DNA from: Thermoplasmata archaeon
GTDB taxonomy: Archaea > Thermoplasmatota > SW-10-69-26 > JACQPN01 > JAJPHT01
Length of the DNA: 16,522 nucleotides
Direction: 5' to 3'
Assembly: GCA_034667685.1 (NCBI GenBank)
Contig: JAXDQU010000040.1
Span: 1-16,522, forward strand
Part shown: in pieces, positions 1 to 6,617 of the stretch
How positions within the stretch are numbered: position 1 is the stretch's first letter
Layout of the letters: each line of letters begins with the position of its first letter
Notes under the pieces: generated by a model
What the model saw: the letters and a program-made list of their open reading frames with translations, nothing else
Database searches by the model: none
What the model was told of the DNA's origin: nothing
Position numbers and translations under genes: made by a program

Positions 1-84
1 GAGCCCCCGATTCAATTCCGATTCCTCTTCCGAGTCCGAGGACCCGGACGGGCTCGGAAGGGGAATCGGAATCGGGCCGGGCTC
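1..84. repeat. Intergenic inverted repeat built from ~6-bp tandem units (CGATTC/GAATCG); may be truncated by the window edge
   Basis: Arm 15-38 ATTCCGATTCCTCTTCCGAGTCCG pairs with 49-72 at 22/24 Watson-Crick; both exceptions are T opposite G. Outer GAGCCC (1-6) pairs with GGGCTC (79-84). Confidence 0.85.
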
Positions 85-396
85 AGGACGGGAGTCGTGT
101 TCAAACCAGATGCCCGCCCTCGCCGCCGCGGCGCGATGACGGGAAGAGGGTCACGGATGCCCACAAGTTACCGGGCAGCTTGACGAGGAATGCCCTTGCG
201 GAGCGCCTCTTCATCCATGGATTAGCCTATCGCCCCCCCGGAGCCGCACTTCAGTCGGCTGAGGGTTGACATCTGTGCGGTTGTTATCCAAGATCATAGC
301 TGCGAGCGGCGATCTAGAATTGTTACCAATCCTCCACAATCGTGAATCCTGCCAAGTGGATTGGAGCCTCTGCCACCGGCTGATGTCGGATGGCTC

Positions 397-402
397 GGAG
401 GT
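397..402 (+). promoter_or_regulatory. Shine-Dalgarno GGAGGT for the gene at 408
   Basis: GGAGGT lies 5 nt before ATG 408, which opens a clean signal peptide. Confidence 0.75.
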
Positions 403-407
403 ATTCC

Positions 408-1349
408 ATGAACACCAAAGTTATTTTGACGTCCCTCGTGCTGCTCGGCCTCCTCGTGCCCGCGGTTGCCATGGCGGCCACCGTTCCCCCGCTCCCGAAC
501 TGCGACTCGTCGAACCCCAACTACCAGCCCTCGCAGACGACCCACGTCTTCGTGGTCGCCGGTGACTTCGGCGCGACCATCGACTCCCAGTTCGGCGGCG
601 TCGGTGTGGCCGACGTGTTCGACACGTCCGGCTGCGCGACCGGCGACGGCGACAACGAGACCGGCCAGGGCGGCGCTCAGTTCCCTGAGATCAACCAGAG
701 CTTCTGCTACCCCGCGGCCCCCGTCGTGGGCCACCACAACGGTGGCGCCGGCGCGACCGCGACGGTCCGCTCCAACACGGCGAACCTGCCCATGGACTTC
801 ACCTTCGGCACGGACGGCCAGGACCCGGCTGCCTGGACCGCGGGCCAGACCTGCACGGGCAACAACGTTGTCTCGGACAGCTACGACTCGGACCCCTTCG
901 ACTGCGGTCAGGGCGTGACGGGCCACTTCCCGGGCGTCCCCGCGACGCTCGCGCCCAACCCGAACCCCCACGACGCCACCGCCACGACCCCGCCCGACCC
1001 TGACCCGTGGGCGACTGCCTACGGCGCGGTCCCGCAGAACACGTCCCGCCCCGACCCCAATGGCGTCGTGTGCTTCGGCGTGCTCGATGGCAGCGCGTGG
1101 AGCTTCTTCGTGTTCGGCCCCTCGGTCTCCGGCTTCGCGGGCTTCCTCACCGGCGGCCCCCTCCTCGACCTGACCGGCTGCCCCGTCATCGGTGACAGCT
1201 CGTCGGTGGGCGGCGGTCTCGCGGGCACCGGCCTGCTGACCGGCCCCCTCGCGGGCAACAACCAGTGCGGCATCGGCTCGGTCCCGAGCGTCAACCCCCC
1301 CAACGCGGGTACCAGCACGCCCCTTCAGGGCACCATCACGGACCCGTAG
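408..1349 (+). CDS. Secreted Gly/Thr/Pro/Asp-rich protein with 8 Cys, unknown function (313 aa)
   Basis: Within ORF 390..1349; start moved to ATG 408 because of the SD. Signal peptide MNTKVILTSLVLLGLLVPAVAMA. The mature part has no Lys, 2 Arg and sequons NET/NQS/NTS. Codon third positions are strongly G/C. Confidence 0.85.
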   Translation: MNTKVILTSLVLLGLLVPAVAMAATVPPLPNCDSSNPNYQPSQTTHVFVVAGDFGATIDSQFGGVGVADVFDTSGCATGDGDNETGQGGAQFPEINQSFCYPAAPVVGHHNGGAGATATVRSNTANLPMDFTFGTDGQDPAAWTAGQTCTGNNVVSDSYDSDPFDCGQGVTGHFPGVPATLAPNPNPHDATATTPPDPDPWATAYGAVPQNTSRPDPNGVVCFGVLDGSAWSFFVFGPSVSGFAGFLTGGPLLDLTGCPVIGDSSSVGGGLAGTGLLTGPLAGNNQCGIGSVPSVNPPNAGTSTPLQGTITDP

Positions 1350-1373
1350 ATAGATGGCCGTGAGGACCAAACC

Positions 1374-1430
1374 CTCGGGGCGGGCTTTCGCCCGCCCTGA
1401 GACCCTTCTTTCCTTCTCACTTTATTCCTC
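1374..1430 (+). terminator. Probable terminator: GC hairpin plus pyrimidine tract
   Basis: CTCGGGGCGGGC-TTTC-GCCCGCCCTGAG (12-bp stem with one G-U, 1374-1401), followed by CCCTTCTTTCCTTCTCACTTTATTCCTC, 25 nt after the stop at 1349. Confidence 0.75.
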
Positions 1431-1636
1431 GACTCCGGCATTGCGCGCCCTGCGCGCGGGTTCCTGACGGGCGCGGCCCGAGCGCCGCCCAGAACCCGTA
1501 CGCCTCGCATGAACCCGGGCGCTCCGCGCGCCTCGATGCGACTTGCGCGGCGATCCGGCAGGAACGCGCGAGGCCCCGACAACCATCCGGCTGTCCATGC
1601 GCTGGCCTCAAGCCCTCCTGGGTGTTGCTTGCCGCG

Positions 1637-1921
1637 ATGCGAAGCATCCCCCTTCTCGTCGTCGCCCTCGGCATGCTCCTCGCCGCCCCGCTGGCCGGCG
1701 CGCTCCCGATCCCGCCGCCCGTCTCGGTCTGCACGGCCGCCACGTCCTCCACGTGCGGGCACTTTGCCTGCGTGCGCGTGGAGGCCAGCACGCACTGCAC
1801 GGACTTCGTGATCTCCAAGGTCGGCGTGTGCACCGAGAACCACCCGCCCTGCGCGTGGGACGAGCTCGCGTGTGTCTACAGCGGCTCGAACAAGATCGTC
1901 TGCGTTCCCGACATCAGCTAG
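1637..1921 (+). CDS. Small secreted Cys-rich protein A (94 aa, 8 Cys)
   Basis: MRSIPLLVVALGMLLAAPLAGA signal peptide followed by LPIPPPVSVC...VCVPDIS. Clear paralogue of the next gene. ATG 1637 preferred over the track's GTG 1622. Confidence 0.85.
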   Translation: MRSIPLLVVALGMLLAAPLAGALPIPPPVSVCTAATSSTCGHFACVRVEASTHCTDFVISKVGVCTENHPPCAWDELACVYSGSNKIVCVPDIS

Positions 1922-2198
1922 GTGGTCTTCATGCGCGCTTTCCTTCCCCTGCTCGCCCTCCTCGCGCTCGCCCCGCTTGCCTCGGCGAGCGGCGTCATCC
2001 CGCCCCTCGCGTGCTCCTCGGCCACCTCCTCGTGTCCTGGGCTCGTGTGCGCGCTGCCCACCTCGGCGGACTCCGTCTGCGTCCAGTCGGGCATCGGCGT
2101 GTGCATCGAGAACCGCCCGCCCTGCGAGTGGGATCAGCTCGCGTGCGTCTACGACGCGGCGGGCAGCCTCGTCTGCGTCCCCGACATCAGCTAAGGTG
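1821..2198 (+). repeat. Direct repeat (1821-1924 vs 2094-2198) from tandem duplication of genes A and B
   Basis: 6 mismatches in the first 59 nt and 1 in the last 25 nt up to the stop. The downstream AGGTG RBS is duplicated too. Confidence 0.9.
1931..2194 (+). CDS. Small secreted Cys-rich protein B (87 aa, 8 Cys), paralogue of A
   Basis: MRAFLPLLALLALAPLASA signal peptide. Shares GVCxENxPPCxWDxLACVY-x7-VCVPDIS with A. AGGTGG RBS overlaps the stop of A. Confidence 0.88.
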   Translation: MRAFLPLLALLALAPLASASGVIPPLACSSATSSCPGLVCALPTSADSVCVQSGIGVCIENRPPCEWDQLACVYDAAGSLVCVPDIS

Positions 2199-2205
2199 AA
2201 CCCCC

Positions 2206-2412
2206 ATGCGAACGATCTTCCTCCTCGTCCTGCTCGCCACGCCCTTCGTCTTCGTGCCCGTCGCCGCCGCGATCCCGCCGCCGGTCCAGGCCTGCTCCGA
2301 CCTCATCACGCCTGGCGGCTGCGGCCTCAACTGGGTCTGCATCAGCGCCGAGAGCGGCGCTGTGTCGCGCTGCGTCAAGGACCCGTGCTGGAACACGGCG
2401 ACCTGCTACTGA
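2206..2412 (+). CDS. Small secreted Cys-rich protein C (68 aa, 6 Cys)
   Basis: MRTIFLLVLLATPFVFVPVAAA signal peptide followed by IPPPVQAC...CVKDPCWNTATCY. AAGGTGA RBS lies upstream. Confidence 0.82.
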   Translation: MRTIFLLVLLATPFVFVPVAAAIPPPVQACSDLITPGGCGLNWVCISAESGAVSRCVKDPCWNTATCY

Positions 2413-3554
2413 GGCCACGCGACCTCGCGGAGGGCCAGCGCCTTCGCCAGCCGCGCGGCCGCCGTCGCGAGGCCGTCCTCCTGCGCGCTCGTCCAGCGGA
2501 CGCCCGGCTCGCGGTGCACCGCCTTGATGCGGAGCGCGCCCGCCTCGCGGTCGCTCTTCACGTCCGCGCGCGCCACGATCCGGTCGCCCACCACGAGCGG
2601 CATCACGTAGTAGCCGAAGCGGCGCTGGTGCTCCTTCTTGTAGACCTCGATGAGGTGATCGAAGCCCAGCGCGCGCCGGGCGAAGGCGCGGTCCCAGAGC
2701 AGGTTGTCGAACGGTGATAGCAATGCGGCGGCGCGGGGCGCCGGCGGATCGAGGTCGGTCCCGGCCGCGACGAAGACGTCGGGCCCGCCCTCGGCGACCG
2801 GCACGCGCGCGACCTCGCCCTCGCGCACGAGCCGCGCCAGGGCGGGTCGGACGGTGGCCGTGCGCCCCGCGAAGCGCCAGTGCTCCGCGACGCCCGCTTC
2901 GGTGAGCGCGCCGCGCGCCCGGATCGCCTGGAGCGCCAGCGCGCGGATCGCCTGCGGCCGCGTCACGCGCTCCGCGAGGCGCTTCGCGGGGATGACGCGC
3001 TCGGGCAGGTCGTAGACGCGCTGGAAGCCCGACTCGCGGCCGCACACGGCGAGGCGTCCCGCGGTCCAGAGCGCGTCGAGCATGCGCTTCTCGGGCTTGA
3101 GGACCCACATGCCCTTGCCGGGCGCCTTGCCCTCGAACTCGCGGCTTGACATCGGGCCGTTCTTCTCGATGGCGCGCAGCACCGAACGCGCCAGCGCCGG
3201 TTCGCGCCCGAGCACGTCGCCCCACCAATGGTGGACGCGCCGGTCGCGCATGCGGTGGCGCAGCAGCGGCCACGCCTCGACGGGAAGCAGGCTCGCCTCG
3301 TGGGCCCAATATTCGACGACGCGGCCCGCGCGCAGCAGCTTCGAGACCGCGTCGGCCGGGTGCGTCCCGATGCGCGCGGCGAGCGCCAACCGGTGGCTGC
3401 GGTCCACCGTCGCGATGCTGTCGAGCTGCACCGCGCTGAGCCTGCGGATCGTGGCTTCCACGTCGGCCTGTGTGCCGCGGCCGCCGGGCGCGTACCCCTG
3501 CGCCGCGATGGCGATGCGCCTGACCTGCTCGAGCGAGAGCGCGCCCTCCGCCAC
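2406..3554 (-). CDS. ycaQ: YcaQ-like (HTH_42/AlkZ superfamily) DNA crosslink-repair glycosylase
   Basis: Motifs VQLDSIATVDRSH (QxD type), EYWAHEASLLP, LLSPFDNLLWDR and EVYKKEHQRRFGYYVMP. Start taken as GTG 3554 (VAEGALSLEQVRRIAIAAQG); the longer track ORF overlaps the opposite-strand gene. Confidence 0.9.
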   Translation of the reverse strand: MAEGALSLEQVRRIAIAAQGYAPGGRGTQADVEATIRRLSAVQLDSIATVDRSHRLALAARIGTHPADAVSKLLRAGRVVEYWAHEASLLPVEAWPLLRHRMRDRRVHHWWGDVLGREPALARSVLRAIEKNGPMSSREFEGKAPGKGMWVLKPEKRMLDALWTAGRLAVCGRESGFQRVYDLPERVIPAKRLAERVTRPQAIRALALQAIRARGALTEAGVAEHWRFAGRTATVRPALARLVREGEVARVPVAEGGPDVFVAAGTDLDPPAPRAAALLSPFDNLLWDRAFARRALGFDHLIEVYKKEHQRRFGYYVMPLVVGDRIVARADVKSDREAGALRIKAVHREPGVRWTSAQEDGLATAAARLAKALALREVAWPQ

Positions 3555-3628
3555 GCGCAGGCGAGGCCCGCTCCTGCGGAAAAAGGATGGGCCGGCGCGC
3601 GCCGGGTGCGCTCCGCGCGGAAACCACC

Positions 3629-3694
3629 GAATCTCTGGATCACGGAATCTCCGCCGAGCCGCTCGATTTCGGAGATTCTGAGATTCCGAGATTC
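3629..3694. repeat. Intergenic inverted repeat of 8-bp tandem units (GAATCTCN / NGAGATTC)
   Basis: GAATCTCT-GGATCACG-GAATCTCC-G (3629-3653) pairs with C-GGAGATTC-TGAGATTC-CGAGATTC (3670-3694): 21 WC, 2 G-U and 2 mismatches in 25. Inner CGAG-CCG-CTCG hairpin. Confidence 0.75.
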
Positions 3695-3758
3695 CGTCCT
3701 TCCCGCCGGAGGCGCGGACCGCGCAAGGCATATTCCGCATCCCCGCGCTCGCGCCGCG

Positions 3759-4322
3759 ATGGCCGCGAAGAAGGCCGCCGCCAAGAAGGCCGCGCCGAAG
3801 AAAGCCGCGCCCAAGAAGACGCCTGCCAAGAAGGCCGCGGCACCCCAGCCCCAGCGCCAGCCCAAGCCCTCGGCAGGCCCGCAGATCCCGGCACGCACGT
3901 TCGTGATCCCGCACGACGCGTATGAGGCCAACAAGGACGCGATCAAGGCGCCCATGAAGGCGCGCGGCATGAAGTGGTCCTACCTCGGCGAGGACGCGGA
4001 GGGGAAGCGCGGCATCTACCGCGACGACGCGATCAACGTCTTCGCCCACTTCATGGACGACGGCGTGCACTACACGCTGCGCGGCAAGGACCAGGAGGCC
4101 GCCGACGGATTGCTATCAGCGTGGCGCGGCATCCTCAGCGCGAAGCTCATGGACAAGGCGAAGGAGGCGGGCCAGCAGGCCGCGGCGCAGGAGCAGGCGC
4201 AGCAGGAGAGCGAGGCCGTCAAGCTCTGGCGCCTCCAGGAGCCGCAGCGCAGGCCCGGCGAGCCCGACTTCTTCTACGACAAGCGCGTCGCGGAGTGGAA
4301 GGCGCAGAAGCCTACTTCATGA
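3759..4322 (+). CDS. Hypothetical protein with N-terminal histone-H1-like Lys/Ala/Pro tail (187 aa)
   Basis: ATG 3759 in ORF 3228..4322 gives MAAKKAAAKKAAPKKAAPKKTPAKKAAA followed by a globular-looking domain. Strong GC3 bias. CATATT box 25 nt upstream. Confidence 0.85.
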   Translation: MAAKKAAAKKAAPKKAAPKKTPAKKAAAPQPQRQPKPSAGPQIPARTFVIPHDAYEANKDAIKAPMKARGMKWSYLGEDAEGKRGIYRDDAINVFAHFMDDGVHYTLRGKDQEAADGLLSAWRGILSAKLMDKAKEAGQQAAAQEQAQQESEAVKLWRLQEPQRRPGEPDFFYDKRVAEWKAQKPTS

Positions 4323-5007
4323 TCCCGCGGACGCGCGGCCACTTCTCCTTGCGGTCGCGCGCCGCCTTCGCCTCGTCGAGCAGCCGGGCGATGTCGCCCA
4401 TGATATCATCAGTGACCTTGCGCGCGAGGTCCGAGTCGTGCGGGTCGCCCTGGAACGTGCGCGGCGCGCCGACGTTGACGTAGGCCGTCTCGCGCAGGTC
4501 GGGGACCTTCTTGCCCGGCGGCCAGAACTTGTCCGTGGCGAACGCGGCCGGGACCACCGGCACGCCCGACTCCAGCGCCATGCGCGCCACGCCGGTCTTC
4601 GCGGGGCCGAGCTGCCCCACGTAGCGCGTCCCCTCGGGGAAGATGCCCACGATCTGGCCGGCGCGCAGCGCGGCGATGGCCGCCTGGTACGCCTCGGGGT
4701 TCTTCGCGTTGCGGTCGACCGGGATCGCGCCGCCGCTCTGGAAGAAGAACCACTTCGAGAAGGCGTTCCCGCCCACGGTGTGCTTCGCGAGGTAGTGGAC
4801 GGGGCGCTCCATCGTGGCGGACATGAGGATCGGGTCCCACCACGAGGTGTGGTTGCCCGCGAAGAGGAAGCCGCCCGTCCTCGGGATGTGCTCCAGGCCC
4901 TTCGTCCGCGCGAGCAGCTTGTTGTGCCAGGAGTAGGCGATGACGTGGAGCGTCTTGTGGTTGATGCCCACCGAGTCCCAGTCGCCACCGCTGCGCTTCA
5001 CGACCAC
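4312..5007 (-). CDS. plsC: Lysophospholipid / 1-acyl-glycerol-3-phosphate acyltransferase family protein
   Basis: Catalytic HxxxxD in GNHTSWWDP, plus GAIPVDR, GIFPEGTR and KTGVARMALESGVPVVP. Start uncertain (GTG 5019, 5007 or 5001); 5007 fits the promoter spacing. Confidence 0.9.
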   Translation of the reverse strand: MVVKRSGGDWDSVGINHKTLHVIAYSWHNKLLARTKGLEHIPRTGGFLFAGNHTSWWDPILMSATMERPVHYLAKHTVGGNAFSKWFFFQSGGAIPVDRNAKNPEAYQAAIAALRAGQIVGIFPEGTRYVGQLGPAKTGVARMALESGVPVVPAAFATDKFWPPGKKVPDLRETAYVNVGAPRTFQGDPHDSDLARKVTDDIMGDIARLLDEAKAARDRKEKWPRVRGIMK

Positions 5008-5031
5008 GAGGCGACGCACGCGGCAGGGCGC

Positions 5032-5044
5032 CTATAGGGTTTTC
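5032..5044 (-). promoter_or_regulatory. Putative archaeal BRE/TATA promoter GAAAACCCTATAG
   Basis: Near-identical to GAAAACCCTTAG at 14647-14658. Both begin 36-37 nt upstream of an in-frame GTG. Confidence 0.55.
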
Positions 5045-5108
5045 ACCCGGAGGTGAACCTCTGTGCCACCACAACGCTTTTCCCCGCCACAGGGCGGTCG
5101 GGCGCCCG

Positions 5109-6518
5109 ATGCTCCGCCCAGCCCTCGCCATCGCCCTGGCGCTCCTGGCCGCCCCGGCCCTCGCGGGCTGCCTCAACCCTGCCAACAGCAACCTCTCGAC
5201 CGCGTCGACGGGGCTGCTGGGCGACCTCCTGGCGAGCCCGACCTCGCTCTGGCCCGACCACGAGAACGAGCCGCACCCGCTGTTCAACTGGCCCACGCTC
5301 ACGCACCCCGCCACGTCCAACGGCACGGTGCCCACGTGGTGGGAGCCGGTCCCGAACGCGACGGTGCCCGCGCAAGTGAAGGGGCTGGAGCACGTCGCGA
5401 AGTCGCCCGACGCGGTGACGGGCGGCGCGGGCATCGCGGTCTTCGGCAGCCTCGCGCTCGTGCCCAGCGACGGGCCCAACGCGTGGGTGCTCGACATCCA
5501 CGACCCGACGCACCCGGCGGTCCTCTCGGAGTATCCCGGCGGCGGCGAGCGCGGCGCGGCGATCATGGCGTTCCCCGACGGGCGCCTCTACGGCGTCGTG
5601 TCCACGAGCCCCGGCTTCGACGTCGTGAACATCACCGACCCGCACAATGCGAGCATCGTCGCGCAGGTCAAGGCGCCGCGCGACGGCCACAAGCTGGGCA
5701 TCGTCCCCGGCACGCCCTACGTCTACAACGCCAACAGCAAGGGCGGCGACGGCGACCCGCTCTTCGGCACCACCGGCGACGTGCAGGGCGTGGGCGACAA
5801 GGGCGAGACGGAGATCTACAACCTCATCGACCCCGAGCACCCGGTGCTCGTCCAGGAGTTCAAGAACGGCTACGGCTGCCACCACATCTTCTTCTGGATT
5901 GATAGCAGCAAGGACAAGGAGCGCGCCATCTGCGCGGGCATCGAGTACACGCAGATCTGGGACATCAAGGATCCCGCGAAGCCCAAGGTCATCGTGAGCG
6001 TGCCCGTGCACCACGGCAACCCGATGCTCCCCGCCACGAGCGTCCCGCCGCTCGTCTTCAGCCACTTCGCCATCCTCAACCAGGCCGGCGACGAGCTGAT
6101 CGTCGGCGACGAGTTCATGGGCGGCGCCACCGCCGAGTGCGACGGTCTCCACACGCCCGCGGGCGACCACGCCGGGCCCCTGGGCAACGTCTGGTTCTAC
6201 GACGTGAAGGACGAGAAGAACCCCAAGCTCCTGGGCTTCTTCAGCCCGCCCCCGAAGATGCTCTCGAACCCCGACGTCACCGCGGGCTGCACGGCGCACC
6301 ACGGCCGCCTCGTGCCCGATCCCGCGGGCAAGAAGCAGTACCTCGCCATCGCGTGGTACGCGGACGGCACCGTGCTCATCGACTTCACGGACCCCACGAA
6401 CCCCACCATGGTCGACATGTGGAACCAGGGCACGAACACCTGGGAGTCCTGGTACGACAACGGCTGGATCTTCACGGGCGACCTGAACCGTGGGTTCGAC
6501 GTGCTGAAGCTCAAGTAA
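5109..6518 (+). CDS. LVIVD-repeat-like beta-propeller lipoprotein (469 aa)
   Basis: Lipobox LAGC after a hydrophobic signal. Repeats WVLDIHDPTHP, VVNITDPHNA, IYNLIDPEHP, IWDIKDPAKP, FYDVKDEKNP and LIDFTDPTNP. C-terminal GDLNRGFDVL. Confidence 0.88.
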   Translation: MLRPALAIALALLAAPALAGCLNPANSNLSTASTGLLGDLLASPTSLWPDHENEPHPLFNWPTLTHPATSNGTVPTWWEPVPNATVPAQVKGLEHVAKSPDAVTGGAGIAVFGSLALVPSDGPNAWVLDIHDPTHPAVLSEYPGGGERGAAIMAFPDGRLYGVVSTSPGFDVVNITDPHNASIVAQVKAPRDGHKLGIVPGTPYVYNANSKGGDGDPLFGTTGDVQGVGDKGETEIYNLIDPEHPVLVQEFKNGYGCHHIFFWIDSSKDKERAICAGIEYTQIWDIKDPAKPKVIVSVPVHHGNPMLPATSVPPLVFSHFAILNQAGDELIVGDEFMGGATAECDGLHTPAGDHAGPLGNVWFYDVKDEKNPKLLGFFSPPPKMLSNPDVTAGCTAHHGRLVPDPAGKKQYLAIAWYADGTVLIDFTDPTNPTMVDMWNQGTNTWESWYDNGWIFTGDLNRGFDVLKLK

Positions 6519-6617
6519 ACGGTTCCCATCTTCCCCTCTTCCTCCCTTCCCCTCTTCCGAACGGAACGCACCACTTGGAAGAGGGGAAGGGAGGAAGAGG
6601 GGAAGATGGGAACCGTT
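6518..6617. repeat. Perfect 41-bp inverted repeat with 18-nt loop, made of 8-bp CTTCCCCT-type units, between convergent stop codons
   Basis: AACGGTTCCCATCTTCCCCTCTTCCTCCCTTCCCCTCTTCC (6518-6558) is the exact reverse complement of 6577-6617. Confidence 0.95.

Noticed and set aside
266-294. Bacterial sigma70 promoter TTGACA-N17-CAAGAT
   Set aside because: The -10 lacks the key first T and the other promoter signals look archaeal. Treated as probable chance, though not excluded.
1431-1636. Structured ncRNA or small CDS in the gap before gene A
   Set aside because: Only short GC-rich stems (e.g. CGGGTTC/GAACCCG), as expected by chance at this GC content. The overlapping ORFs are Arg/Pro/Ala-rich off-frame translations.
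1821-2198. DGR template/variable repeat pair, given the Avd-like four-helix-bundle gene at 6617-6973
   Set aside because: Mismatches are not adenine-specific (C/T, G/C and T/C occur), both copies are coding ends of intact paralogues, and there is no reverse transcriptase in the window.
1637-2412. RiPP precursor cluster (lanthipeptide, sactipeptide or ranthipeptide)
   Set aside because: The leaders are hydrophobic Sec-type signals, and no radical SAM, LanM, YcaO or peptidase-ABC gene is nearby.
3555-4070. N-terminal extension of YcaQ, and likewise the extensions of MscS (to 8255), ALDH (to 13783) and ArsR (to 15536)
   Set aside because: Each overlaps another well-supported gene, and family similarity starts only at the downstream start chosen.
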